64,000 nucleotides of DNA, taken from Euprymna scolopes (lineage: Eukaryota). Positions 1-12,331 of the stretch are shown one piece after another; position 1 is the stretch's first letter; each line of letters opens with the position of its first letter. Both the position numbers and the translations under genes were made by a program. The notes under the pieces were generated by a model that was not told the origin of the DNA, ran no database searches, and saw only the letters and a program-made list of their open reading frames with translations. Where the stretch lies: NCBI GenBank assembly GCA_053919585.1, contig CM132786.1, one strand, 5' to 3'.

Positions 1-274
1 TCTCAGCGAAGCCATTACAGAGCTGAAATAAAATAAGCCACACAAACTGATATAGGGAAGCAGTAATCAGGATGCAGTTTGAGAAGAGCATACAATGTCA
101 AGCACTATCTAAGTGACTAGGACCAAATCCAAAGAATTCAAACTTCATATGGAAAACAAGCTGTTTATACAAGGTAGCTTCAATAAGTTTCCAGACTTTT
201 TTCGTTCAGGCATTTAAAATTGTTGTAGACTCTTGAAAATTCAGTAAGTTATTGCTATACATCTTATGAGATGA

Positions 275-636
275 GATTATGGCAGGTGCTCGTCTGAACT
301 CCAATCCCTGGTCCCCCCTCGCCAATCTTTCACGAAAAACACCCGTCTAGCTGAATCCACTGTGAAAAATTTCCCCCACTCTATATCTGTGCCTAAATCA
401 AAACGCGGATTCCATGAACAAAGATTCTTTCATAGAACTGCACGCCTGTGGAACTCTGTTCCATCTGCCTGCTTCCCTCCGGACTACAACTTGGATGTCT
501 TCAAGTCTAATGTTAACAAATTCCTAATGAACCGCCCCCTTAAGTAAACACTCCATCAAATCTCCACACTAACGTAATGTACTTGCAATAACCCTTGTCC
601 CTGAGTGGCTTCCGGCCCTTGATAAGTGATGATCAC

Positions 637-668
<32 letters not shown>
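275..668 (+). mobile_element. 5'-truncated CR1/L2-group LINE 3' end with poly(A), inserted in the mariner
   Basis: Encodes the RT C-terminus (RFFHRTARLWNSVPSACFPPDYNLDVFKSNVNKFL), then 3'UTR and a ~30-nt A tail. Flanked by an (A)GATGA duplication at 269-274 and 668-673. Near-identical to 38129-38410. Confidence 0.9.
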
Positions 669-670
<2 letters not shown>

Positions 671-1522
671 TGACCGACCAATTTTTATGATTTCAGGTTC
701 AAATGAAGAGTTACAGCCAGAATTGGAATACACCCTACTAAAGTCTGATTGTCACAGCTGGTGATTTCAAAAATGCAATCTGGATGTGAGGACACTTTAG
801 AAGAACGATATGCAATGAAATTCTGTTTTAAATTTGGAAAAAATGCTACAGAAACATATGGAATAGTTAAGAATGCTTTTGGACCATTTTGCATAAATCG
901 AGCATCAATTTTTGAGTGGTATAAGAGATTCAAAGAAGGCAGAAAGTCTGTGAGGAATGATGAGAAGTGCGGAGGAATAAAGAACACCGGGGCTGATTGG
1001 CCAAATAAAGAATTTCAGGGAAAAGAACCATCCCCTGTAGGAACATTAAGTGCACAGTTTGATGTCAATGCTGAAATTGTACACACAATTATTCATGAAG
1101 AATTGCAGACGTGGAAAATTTGCAAAATTTTGTCACAAGGGTGCTTAGAGAAGATCAGAAAAAGACGTCATAACAGGGAGATGGCCGAGCTGATCAATTC
1201 AGATCTCACAGTTCTTGATGCTCTGATGACCTGCAATGAAAGCTTGATCTACTGCTATGACCCAGAAATAAAGAGACAGAGTTCCCAAGAAGGCCAGATA
1301 GAGCAAATCCAGTTAGAAACTTATGATCCCTTTTTTTGACAGCACGGGCATGATTTACATGCACTGGGTTCTAACTGGACAGTCAACAAGGAATACTATG
1401 TTGAAGTTTTAAGGGAGTTCAGGAAGAGATTCTGTTGGAAGAGGCCAACATGCTTCAAATCAGGTCAGTGGCATTTCCACTAGGACAATGCACAAGTCCA
1501 CAACTCCATTCTTGTCACAGAC

Positions 1523-1633
1523 ATACTTACTTACTTGTACTTGAAACGACATTCACCCTGGAGGAGTTGAGTCGGCTTCATGAAGATGCACATCTCGTAC
1601 CACTGCGGCCCAAGCCCGGCGATCGGAGGCGAT
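1523..1633 (-). mobile_element. RTE-clade LINE extreme 3' end inserted in the mariner
   Basis: Interrupts mariner ACAGAC|TATTTGAC. Minus strand reads IASDRRAWAAVVRDVHLHEADSTPPG* then CAAGTACAAGTAAGTAAGTA, a short-repeat tail typical of RTE elements. Confidence 0.75.
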
Positions 1634-2765
1634 TATTTGACTAAGATGGGTATCAAGACAGTTCCTCACCTTCCCTATAGTTCAAATCTTGCTATCTGTG
1701 ACTTTTTGTTATTCCCTAAGCTCAAGGAAAACTTTAGAGGCTGTTGCTATGAGACAAGAGGAGATGAAAGAGACACTCACACAAGAGGACTTTTATGGGG
1801 CCTTCCAGAAGATGTTATACTGTTCCAACAAGTGCTTTGTTGGTACAGTATAATGAAACTTATAAACTAGCAACATTATTGGAGGAATTAATGACTTGAA
1901 TAATTTTCCTAATAGCAACCAGAAAAATGTATTACTTAAACTATTAAGCTAGCCAAGACTTACTGTCATTCTAGAATAAATTTACCAAGTTTGGAATTTA
2001 AAGTTAACTTTGCCTAAAAAAAGTTTTTTGTTGTTTAAAAAAAATATATAAATCCAAAGTTTAACTACAACTGACACACTAATAATTTATGTGAACATTA
2101 CAAAGTATTCTGATGCTACTGTCACAAACTGTTGATGTGTAAAAAAAAAATAAATAAATAAAAAAAAAACATTTTTTTTTTTTTTTAAAGCCAAGGAAAG
2201 GTAGAAAAAAGGGTAAATTGCCAAACAGAAAAACAAGGTGAAAAAAAAAAAAAAAATATAAGCCAAATGAGTGCCAGGTGAATTGTGTCAAAATTAGTGA
2301 TGAAAATCAATTTGAGGCAGTAACTCCTGACTAATATCTATAAAATTTATTTTGTCAAACTGAATTATTTCTTTAGAGAGAATCACCATGAGAAGAAATG
2401 TATTTGTTAAATGCTTTAAAGACTAATTTTTTTTAAATTGATTAAATAGTTACATATATACTAAACAAATATGTTGTGATTTTTAATTAAAAGAAAGAAT
2501 CTCAACCCAATATTCTTTTTATTATATCTAAAAATTTATGGAGGTACAAAGATGTTTGCAAAACAACCAACGGTAGCAAATATATTTTGACAACTAAATT
2601 AGCCACCAAATCATGACCATTCAAAGGTCATGGAAATTAGAAAATGTGGTGTCTTGTGCAGAAGTCACTTTTCAGTGCGTACCTAAAAATGTACGTTTTC
2701 AAACAAGTGAAAAATCCTTACAAGTACGTGGTTAATGAAAATGAAAGCAATAATTAATCAAATCA

Positions 2766-3162
2766 TTACTTGGATTCATTGGATTACTGTTCTTGGTTGA
2801 TGTAACCTCCGATCTTCTTCAGGTGTATCTTGTCAAACTCTGGAATTTGGACGGAATTTCAAATTTTACTTTACAGGTGTAACATGCTCTTGTTCGATCA
2901 GCTATGACTGGGTAGAGGTCCTAAGTAATTCACAATTGTATTTTTTGGTCGGCCACACCGATACACATGACCGACGGAACAAGAGCATGCTACATTCGTC
3001 CAAATTTCCGAGTTCGACAGAAACATTCCCGAAATCAACAAGATAAACACTGAAGAAGGTTGGCAGTTACATTAACCGAAATGTTGTGAAAATCAGACTC
3101 AAGTAGTCCGATGGATCCAAATACAAATAACCAATCCTCATCTCAAAAATTCAGAAACGTCC
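2766..3162. mobile_element. Penelope-like (PLE)-derived non-autonomous element with inverted arms
   Basis: Arms ~2768-2900 and ~2970-3123 are reverse complements. 11-bp direct repeat TAATCAAATCA at 2755-2765 and 3163-3173. Contains a CTGAAGA...GAAA core and shares TAGTCCGA and CTCATCTCAAAAA with 31535-31710. Confidence 0.7.
3048..3088 (+). ncRNA. Degenerate minimal type I hammerhead ribozyme (PLE-type)
   Basis: CA-CTGAAGA-A-GGTT(loop)AACC-GAAA-TGTT-GTG. Helix III is mutated relative to GAAACGTH. Confidence 0.5.
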
Positions 3163-5604
3163 TAATCAAATCAACCTAAACATTACACAGAATTTTATTA
3201 CTCCTTGAATAAAAAAAAAAAAGCACAAAAACGCCATAGAAACACAATTTTAACTGTTCAATTTAAGTTTAACCTCCAGTTTAATTTCAACAGCTAAGAT
3301 ATTGAATCTTCTTAATGATTCATAGCACTTTAGAAATAAAGTTAGATTTTTCTGTTAATAGTTAATCAATAAAACAAAAAGGCTTAGATTTGGATTATGT
3401 ACAACAATTTGATAACAGGGCAATCGCCATCACTGAAAATAGTAATCTAGCTTGCAGTAGGGTGGAGAAGAATTATTGACAAAAGAATTGTACATTTATA
3501 AAGAAAAAGGTAAACTTTTGTTTACATGTAAATTTTATCAAAATAACCCCAAAAAAATAAATATCGCATATATAACAAGTTTTTACTCTAGACTGCTTTG
3601 TGATACCAATTAAAAGTGAAGGTTTTTTTTAGTCAGACAAATCTGTATAATAAAGTTATTGACTTCTAATCATTAACTAAAAAGTTATTCTTAAAATTAA
3701 TCAGCATTTAGAATTGTAAGTATATAAGTAATAAACAATCTCTGATTATCTTTGAAATATTTGGGGGAAAGGAAAGGGCGGTTTATTTCATGATATGAAG
3801 ATCGGGTGTTAATAGGAACACAAGTCACATTTGATTCCCTCTTTTAGCTTTGACATTTTAAAATTATCAAAAGCAAAATTTAGAACATTTTAGGAGTTAA
3901 ATTGAGATTAAAAATCTTGATCAGAAGTTGAATATATTAATGTCTCAGATCAATAATAAAACAACAAAAAAATGCTTTATTCATATTGAACAAAGAGATC
4001 CCAAGATTTATTGAACCCTATACCATATTATTTGTTAATAGAATTTAAACGAAACAAAGCTTTGCTAAGGTTTCAGATACTTATAATTTATACATATTTT
4101 GGCCAACAAGAATTCAATGAAAGCAATGCAAAAGTATGATCTATATAAGCCCGTGTAAAACATGAGGTATTTCTAACAAATTGTACAAGTCCAAGATGAA
4201 AAGATTGTGTGTGAATACTTTGTCAAAAATTGAATAAATCAAATATCACACAAAGGTCATTGAGTGCATAAGTATTATGTTGTAATATTTAGAAAGAGCG
4301 AACAAAACTTTTATGAAAATACAAAAAATATGAATGAAAAAAAGTACAATGAATTAATAAAAGACACAGAATAGAAAATTTGTTTTTATTCATTTGAATA
4401 CATAATTTATGTTATCTTGAACTATAAATCAAAAGTGTCAATTCCTGCCCAGAATTCCCTCATATTAAAAAAAAAAAAAAAAAAAAAAGCAAAAATAAAA
4501 AATCTGTATGATGTACGTACCAGTGATGAAACAAAATATCATTCGAAAAATCACAAATTGACCAAATCGATTTATTTAAAAATAAGAAAATCAAATTTTG
4601 AGTATTCAAGAAGTGACCATATTACCCACTATTCTGAAAAAAAAAATCTCAAGAAACAAGAGAGATAACTCAACAATAATTCACACTTAACTATGAATTC
4701 CCATTAAATACTTAAAAATTATTTCCTTTCAAAAATAAAATTACTTGATCAGTTTACATAATTTTTGGAATATGATATTTTCATTTCATCACAGGTATGT
4801 ATATAATACATATTTTTCTTTGTTTTCTAACATTGGGATAATTCTGGACAAGAACCAAAGTGTCTATGTTCCAATAATTTTTTTTTTGTGTATTGATATT
4901 CATATTAAAACCCTTTTTTTCTATTTATTTTTTAAAAAAATACAAGTTTCTTATACAAGTCATGGAATTGCATTCATCTGCAAAAGACCTAGCTAATTTG
5001 CATATTCTTTTAAACATTTATTTTTAATTAATTTCCTATTAGTTTTTTGTTTTCTTATGGGATGATCATCTTTAGTTAACTATTACGTGTAATTATATTC
5101 ATGTAGATATTCTACATGATTTATATTTGCATAATATTTGCGTAAAAAGCTTATAGTAAACACAAACATTTTTCTATAAATATTTATGTATGCATATATA
5201 TATATATATATTTGCTTTAAAAATTTTGCCAACTAAACTCCTGTTAGCTTTTGATCTACAGGCATGAAACTTGATATACAGGGTATTCGAACTCATGCAT
5301 ACCTTTATATTTGGGTCTTAGCTGCAGAAAATCGATGCAAAAGTGTGAAAATTAAAAAAAATGGAACTTGCCAGGTGAAGGTCGAACCACAACATTACGA
5401 ATATGCATGCATAACGTAATAACTATTGGTTCAGGTTTTAATTTTTAGCTTTGCAACAAACATGTCTTCATAGCTCAGGCATTAACATCAAAGAAAAAAG
5501 TAAATTGTAAGCTAAACGTTTTTGGTTTTGATTCTTGGTGGTGGTGTACGAATCATTTTTTCTTTTTAACTTTAAATCATTACTATATATTGGGTCCAAT
5601 ATAA

Positions 5605-6428
5605 TCCATTTATCTAGAAAAGTGAAATTGTGTGTATGTGTGTACATTTCCCTACCAAACTATTGTAAATTTTCAATCTACAGACTCGAGATTTGGGAAA
5701 ATCTTTTTAATTGGTTTTCGACCAGAAATTTGTCTGTCAAGGGGTCAAAGTTTAACGATAATACTTTTGAAAACACTACCAAACTCCTCCACCAATTTTG
5801 AGTATAAACGCTTGAAATTTTAGATGTAGGTTGCTTGGACATAATTTGATTTGAGCTCAAAACAAAGGTTAAGGGGTCAAAATTTTAAAAAAATGACCAC
5901 TGCAGTTTCTACTAAATTATTCAGCCAATTTTTGGTCTAAACATTGGAAATTTTACATAAAGTGTATTCAAACATAGGGAGGGCAAGCTTTTTAATCGGT
6001 TTTTGGCACAAAATTTGGCTACCAAGGGGGAAAAGCTCAAAAGATTTTACCTTGGCGGTCTCTAGCAAACTATTCAGCCAATTTTGGGTCTAATCATTTG
6101 AAATTTTACATAAAGGGTATTCAGACATGCAGCAAGCTTTTTAATCAGTTTTTGGGTGAAAATTTGGCTGCCAAGAGGTCAAAGTTGGAAGAGTTGACCT
6201 TTGCAGACTCTACCAAACTCCTGACAATTTTGAGTCTAAACACTTGAAATTTTAGATGTAGGTTACCTGGACAGGAGTCAAACTTTAATATATATATGCA
6301 CATAAAGTTATGAACAGTACATAGGGCCCGAGCAAAGCTGGGCTGACCTGCTAGTATAATAATAAATACAAAATCTGCATTAATCAAAATATCATTTTAC
6401 GACTGGGCAATGCAGGGTGGCCTGCTAG
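5605..6428 (+). mobile_element. Non-autonomous Helitron with ~125-bp internal tandem repeats, followed by a second short Helitron 3' end
   Basis: 5' TC(C)ATTTATCTAGAAAAGTG plus (TG) tract. GC hairpin and CTAG at 6351-6354; second hairpin and CTAG at 6425-6428. Repeated blocks CCAATTTTGAGTCTAAACACTTGAAATTT. Confidence 0.7.
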
Positions 6429-6739
6429 TACATACTATTTATGGAAAAAATGATTAATTATTCTTTCAAATTTACATAAAATATTGTTAATTGTTAATAT
6501 AAATAGCAAAGAATGCAATAAGAAATCATATAAAAGAACTGTTTAAGAAAATATATTACTAAAACTAACCATTTACCTTTTCTGGCAATGAAAAAGAATC
6601 CAAATCACTTTGTTAAAAAAAAAAAAAAAAAAAAAAATTAATTTACAAAACAGTTTACATGCCATGTACTTAGAATCTTCAAACTTGTAATGAAATAATT
6701 GTATATTCTAAAATTTAAACAAATAATCCCTTTAATTTC

Positions 6740-8065
6740 TCATCCCTGCCGTGCTATTAAAAAAAAAAAAAAAAAAAATGCTCTGTTGAGATTGCTCCAA
6801 ACTCTTGAATAAATTCCTTACCAAATCTTGCTTTCCTGACTGCTGGAAAATTGCTTCTGTGATATTAGTTTTCAAGAATTTTGGTGGAAGAACTGACCCA
6901 CTCAATTACCGCCCCATTAGCTTCCTTCCTTTCTTCACCAAAATCTTTGAATCTTTAATCAATCACTAATACACTACCTCATAGATACTAAACTTCTTTC
7001 TGGCAGACACTATGGATTTAAGCAAGCTTCTTCTACTGCAGATATTCTAACTAATCTCCAAACATACATAACACACTGGATAAGGCAGGGGAGGTTAAGG
7101 CAAGTAGCCCTTGATATATCTAAAGTCTTTGGCAGGGTCTGGCACAAACGTCTTCTGATGAAAAATAAGTGGTATTACTGAATGAATACTCAATTTAATC
7201 AAATCCTCCTTCGACAAGAGAAAAATTCCAGGTTGTCCTTGATGATTGTAATTCAAACAGGATATAAATGTGGGTGTGCCACAGGGGTTGATTCTTGAAC
7301 CTTTATTATTCTTCATATTCAGAAATGACCTCTCTGCTGAAATAGTCTCTATACGAAACACGAGAGGAAAGCGAATGGGCACATGTCTAAGGCAATCACT
7401 GAAACATTAGTTTGTAGTGGAATGAAGACAAATGGATGGTAACATTTAATGCTCCTTAGATTAAACTTCTTTCCTTTAACAATTACAAAAATCCTTCTTA
7501 ACCACCGATTGCTAATAAAATGCTACCTGAAAGCTCTTTGTTCAAACTCCTCATCTTAACATTCATAGGCAACATGAATTGGAACAAATACATTGAATAC
7601 ATTGTCAAGCTTGCTGCAGAGAAGGTGGGCTCTGTACCATGCTAGAAAATTACACCTGAGAGTATTATGTTGACAATGCCACCATTCACATATGCATGAA
7701 GTATCGTTGCTACATCTGGGCTGGTGCATCTACTACTAGTCTCACATGGTTAAAAAAAAAAAAAAAAAAAAATCTCCCACACTATCAACCAAACTTCAAC
7801 TTCTGTCCAATCGCTGAAATGTTGCATCCCGATGCCTGTTTTACAAGTATTTTAATGAAATGTGCTCCAATAAATTTAAAGCACTAGTACTCCCCTCAAC
7901 GTAAATACCTCCAACTAACCTGACAAGCAGCAAAATCCCACCTCTACATTAGAGATCTTAAGTGTCGGAAAGCCTTCTATTATAATAGTTTCTCCATTCA
8001 AACTGCTAGACGTTGTAATTCCTTCCCAGGTTCCTGCTTCCCTGACTTTATTGACATGCAGTGTC
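6740..8065 (+). pseudogene. Degraded CR1/L2-group LINE reverse transcriptase region
   Basis: Frameshifted motifs SCFPDCWKIASV, DPLNYRPIS, LDISKVF, GVPQGLILEPLLF, MKYRCYIWAGA and CNSFPGSCFP. Confidence 0.85.
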
Positions 8066-8355
8066 TCTGTAGATTAAAAATGTGATACATTTTTTTTTTT
8101 AATTGACAATATCTTTGAGTAAAACTAAAAATTGAGAATATTTAGCTAAATCCAACACGGAATAAAAAAAAAAAAAAAAAAAAAACAATAGCATAATAGA
8201 GGAAATTAAATTTTTGCAAGAATAATGAAAGCAGCAGATAATTTTGAATTTCTGTTTTTACATCTGCAAGAAATAAAATATTGAAATATAAATTCTAAAA
8301 AGTAAACTAGCAAGGGGTGGGGCATAAAAAACAATTAAAAAGTTATGCTTTTACA

Positions 8356-8961
8356 TCTATAAATATAAAAGCGAAAATGTGTGTATGTATGTATGTTCGC
8401 TTTTTGTGTATGTCTGTAAAAAGGCTTTTTTTGCTGGACTTCTCGGTCAGCTCATTCCTTCTTAAAACTTTTTATATCGCATCTAAATGATAATATCTAA
8501 GAGTTATAAACGGGGGGGGGTCACCTGTCTATTTAATTTGCCTGACTTTTACTCGCTATTTTTTCCAGATTTTTGGAGCGTCCCATGTATCTTTCGCTTT
8601 TCAGTAAAAACAAGTGAAAACTGGCTTACAGCCGCGTTATGTTTCAAGGTCAAACATCACGTGACTTAAGTTTCTCGCACCTGTTAATTTCATTTTATAA
8701 ACGTTAAATTAAGATGCTTTTCATTCCTCATCTCTTGTGGCCGAGATGGTTAGGTCCCAGGGGTTTTTCCATTTCGTTTCCACCTCCACATCAAAGGTTC
8801 GTGTTTCAAGCCTACTTTCCTACTAAAACATTTTTTTTTCTTTTACATCTCTAAACACCCGACCAACGTTTTTTTTTTTTGAAACAGAGTTGTTTCGATC
8901 ACCCCCATCAACACACGACACACCTACAAACACCCGGGCCATGCCGGGTACCCCCCACTAG
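8356..8961 (+). mobile_element. Non-autonomous Helitron, unit 1 of a 3-unit head-to-tail array
   Basis: A|TCTATAAATATAAAAGCG start, (TATG)n tract, CCCGGGCCATGCCGGG hairpin, CTAG end. Confidence 0.88.
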
Positions 8962-9674
8962 TCTATATATATAAAAGGCAAAATGTGTGTATGTTTGTGT
9001 CTAACAAAAATTTTCCACACAGGTGACGGATTTTCACCAGATAGGTATCATTTTGAAGCTCGAACCTTCGGACGACAAATATCGAAAAATTGGCTAAAAA
9101 CACATTAATTCCTTCACCCTCAACGGGAACCTTTTCTACAGGGGGTGGGATGAGGGGGGGTAGCAAAAAATCATTCCTTCATGACAGTCTAGCCAAATGC
9201 CATATACGCATGCACAAAAAACGTTGTGTACTTGAATTAGTTTAAATATAAAAACGAACACAAATTCGCTCACGTGGTCATGGCACAATGGTCAAAGTGG
9301 CCACGTTGTTATCTTTAGATTGCAGGTTCAATCAGGAGATATCGGATAAATTTTTTTTTGATTTTGAAACAGGGTTATTATGCCATTTTTTTCATTTTTT
9401 TTCTTTATTTTTCCATCACGTTCGGTGTTTTTTTTTGTTTTTCCGATTTTTCTTTAAGAAGCTTTAACATCGTTCGTTTACACGTTTTTGTTTTTCATAA
9501 CGTTCACTATTTTTTTTTTTTCCTGATTCTTTTAAAAAGTTTAACATTTTTTAAATAATATTTAAACGAGGTTATTACTTCGCTTCTTCTTTAGTTTCCA
9601 TTTTGTTTTGATTTACCCCCACCACCAACACATACATCTCCAAACACCTGGGCAACGCCAAGCACCTCCACTAG
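8962..9674 (+). mobile_element. Non-autonomous Helitron, unit 2
   Basis: CTAG|TCTATATATATAAAAGG junction; ends CCTGGGCAACGCCAAG...CTAG. Confidence 0.88.
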
Positions 9675-10159
9675 TCTATATATATAAGGCAAAAGTAGCA
9701 CACGCGTTTTTGTAGGCCGGCGAAAAGCTTTTTGGCAGGGCGCTCGACCAAGTAAATTTTTTTTTTTTTTTTAGAACTTTCCTCAGTCTCCCTAGATTAT
9801 AATATCTACAATTTGCGAACGCACGTTGTCTCTACATTTATTTTGATCGACTTTTATAAAATTCCCTCTATTCCATCCTTTCGCATGTTTGTTTGTCTTT
9901 TTCGTATTAAAGAGAAACTATTCGGAGCAAAATAGGCCGCCTAGCTTTCCAGCTGGAACCTCCAAAACCGCAATTATCAATGTTGGGGAAACCCTTCATA
10001 TCAAACAATTGGGGCTGGTTTTCCCCAACATCGTTGGGAAGCAAAATACGGCAGAAACTGGCCTGCAGCCAACCTTCATTTCGTCAACTTTTTGTCAACT
10101 TTGACATCAATTGCCTACTATCACTTTTTTTTTCTTCAAATACCCGGGCACCCCACTAG
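9675..10159 (+). mobile_element. Non-autonomous Helitron, unit 3
   Basis: CTAG|TCTATATATATAAGG junction; ends ACCCGGGCACCCCACTAG|T. Confidence 0.82.
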
Positions 10160-10348
10160 TATAACATAAGAGGAATGGGGTTATTTATTAAAAAAAAAAA
10201 GGGAGGGGGGGGGGCTTTATGTCAATTTTTGTAGTAAAAGAATCATCAAATGGTAATAATTTAAAAGCAATTGCATTTAACCTTCGGATATGGCTCCTGC
10301 TAGTTATTTTATGGACTTTACAGATAATTCCCCCTAGTGATCCCCCCC

Positions 10349-10383
<35 letters not shown>

Positions 10384-10492
10384 CTTGGAAGTTCCTTTAA
10401 AACTATTAAAAAAACAAAAGTTTGCCCGTCGTTGGATCATCATTTTGTCACTAAGTCAATTAATCTCCATATTGCTGAATAGTTTTACTTAC

Positions 10493-10626
10493 ATGAACAA
10501 ACGATAGTACCAATGGTCTTAAAGGGATCATCAGTTGTTTACCATGAAACACTGTTTCTAGGATTTAAAAATAAAACAGTATATTAAATCATGGCTTCCC
10601 AGCAGTGTTGATCAAACACCACCTGC
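10493..10626 (-). other. Candidate exon of an unidentified minus-strand host gene
   Basis: GTAAGT donor (minus strand) next to 10493; pyrimidine-rich acceptors next to 10557 and 10626. Open frame (TVFHGKQL)MIPLRPLVLSFVH. Non-repetitive sequence, but no homology recognised. Confidence 0.3.
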
Positions 10627-10832
10627 CTTAAAACACATAAACAAAATTATTTTTAATATTGGATCTAGTTTTTATTCTAGATAAATTTAGGCTAACCAAT
10701 TCATGTCATTTAAAAAAGTATTTCTTATCTATGTCCCTTTTCCACAAGTTAATGTGCCTATTTACAAACTACTGTTTTTATATAGGGTTTGGTTAAATCC
10801 ATTCTACTAATTATAACCTCCCTTCTTTGTTA

Positions 10833-10902
10833 TTAGGTTGGTGCAAAAATAATGTTTTTTGACGATCAACTATAAATAAAAACCATTTTTGCACGAACCT
10901 AA
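10833..10902. mobile_element. 70-bp mariner-derived MITE (MADE1-like)
   Basis: TA-TTAGGTTGGTGCAAAA ... TTTTGCACGAACCTAA-TA. Confidence 0.85.
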
Positions 10903-10955
10903 TAGTATGATTTTTAGATATTTTCATTCTTATTTACTCGTACAATATCTATAAT

Positions 10956-10996
<41 letters not shown>

Positions 10997-11099
10997 AATA
11001 CGTATAAAATTAAAAATAATATAAATATAAACATTTTTTTTTCCACACATCATCCTTTATGTATTGTTCAGATATATACATTTTTAGATATATTATACA

Positions 11100-11559
11100 C
11101 TAGCCTGGGTGCCCGGCATTGCCCGGGTATTTGGAGGTGTGTGTTGAGCCAAAAAATAAAAATAGGAATAGTAAGCAGGCTCAAACTCGTAATCCGCCAG
11201 AGAAAAAACAGGTGGAAAAAAAAAAAAAAAAAAAGTCTTACCGATGTGCCTATCATGGTTGTGACGTCACGGGCGGTTAAAATAACGCCTTTTATGCAAT
11301 GTCGTTTATGCGAGCTTTGAATGACTTGCAAAAAATGTCAGCAAAAAAAAACAAAAAAAAACAAACGACCCTCTCTGCAGAAAACTGCCCAGTTGAGGGT
11401 GAAGCAATTAATGTTTTGGCCAATTTTTCGATATTTGTCATCCAAAGGGTCGAGCTTCAAAATGATACCGATTTCGTGAAAATCGGTCGCCTCTATCGAA
11501 AGTTTTTGCGAGACATACATACATACATTTAAACAAACGGGTGAAATTTATATTATAGA
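11100..11559 (-). mobile_element. Non-autonomous Helitron, 3'-most unit of a 4-unit array
   Basis: CTAG and CCCGGCATTGCCCGGG hairpin at left; ...ATATTATAGA (TC start on the minus strand) at right. Confidence 0.88.
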
Positions 11560-11701
11560 CTAGCGGGGGTACCCGGCGTTGCCCAGGTGTTTGGGGGTGT
11601 GTATGTAGGAGAGGGTGTCCCTGTTTTAATATTATATAAAAAAAAAACACGATGTTAAGAAAAATTGGAAAAACCAATACAAAGCAAAACAGTGAACAAA
11701 C

Positions 11702-11739
<38 letters not shown>

Positions 11740-12179
11740 AAAAGAGGAAAAAAAGTTTAGGCAGAAAGACAGGCTCGAACCTGAAACATTGAGGCTAAGG
11801 CAGAAAAAAAATGCCCGACACGTTACCCCTACGCCAAAGAGACATACACTTAATAATAGATAAAATTAAACCTTTAAAAACACTTGCAGGTGGTTAAAAC
11901 TAACGCAAACATTTTCTAGGTCAAACATGACGTCATTGTCGTAGTAGCAGGAGCAGAGAAAATGAAGGAACGATTTTTTCGGCACCCCTCCCTGTACAAA
12001 ACTGAGGATTTTAGGGTGAAGGAATTAATGTTTTTGGCCAATTTTTCGATATTTGTCGAGCGAAGGTTTGAACTTTAAAATGATACCTATTTGGCGAAAA
12101 TCCGTGACCCGTGTCGAAAGTTTTTGCGAGGCATACAAACACACATACATACACACATTTTCGCTTTTATATATATAGA
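11560..12179 (-). mobile_element. Non-autonomous Helitron, array unit
   Basis: GA|CTAG junctions at both ends, with hairpin and (CATA)n tract. Confidence 0.88.
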
Positions 12180-12300
12180 CTAGTGGGGGTACCCGGCGTT
12201 GCCCGGGTGTTTGGAGGTGTGTGTGCTCTTAAATAAAGAAGAAACCGGCGGGTTAGGATCAAACCCGAAGCCCTGAGGCAAAGTTTGAAAATAAAATGTG

Positions 12301-12331
<31 letters not shown>

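Larger units (their letters stand above)
170..1840 (+). mobile_element. Degenerate mariner (Tc1/mariner, DD34D-type) transposon, right end missing, with two nested retroelement insertions
   Basis: TA followed by TIR CAAGGTAGCTTCAATAAGTTTCCAGAC. ORF pieces ERYAMKFCFKFGKNATETY, MTCNESLIYCYDPE, H*DNA and PYSSNLAICDFLLFPKLK are mariner transposase motifs. Colinear with the copies at 34617 and 48932. Confidence 0.93.

Noticed and set aside
6576-6607. Possible small minus-strand exon (DLDSFSLPEK); similar candidates near 37380-37416 and 42920
   Set aside because: Splice-like signals only; the phases cannot be linked and there is no homology support.
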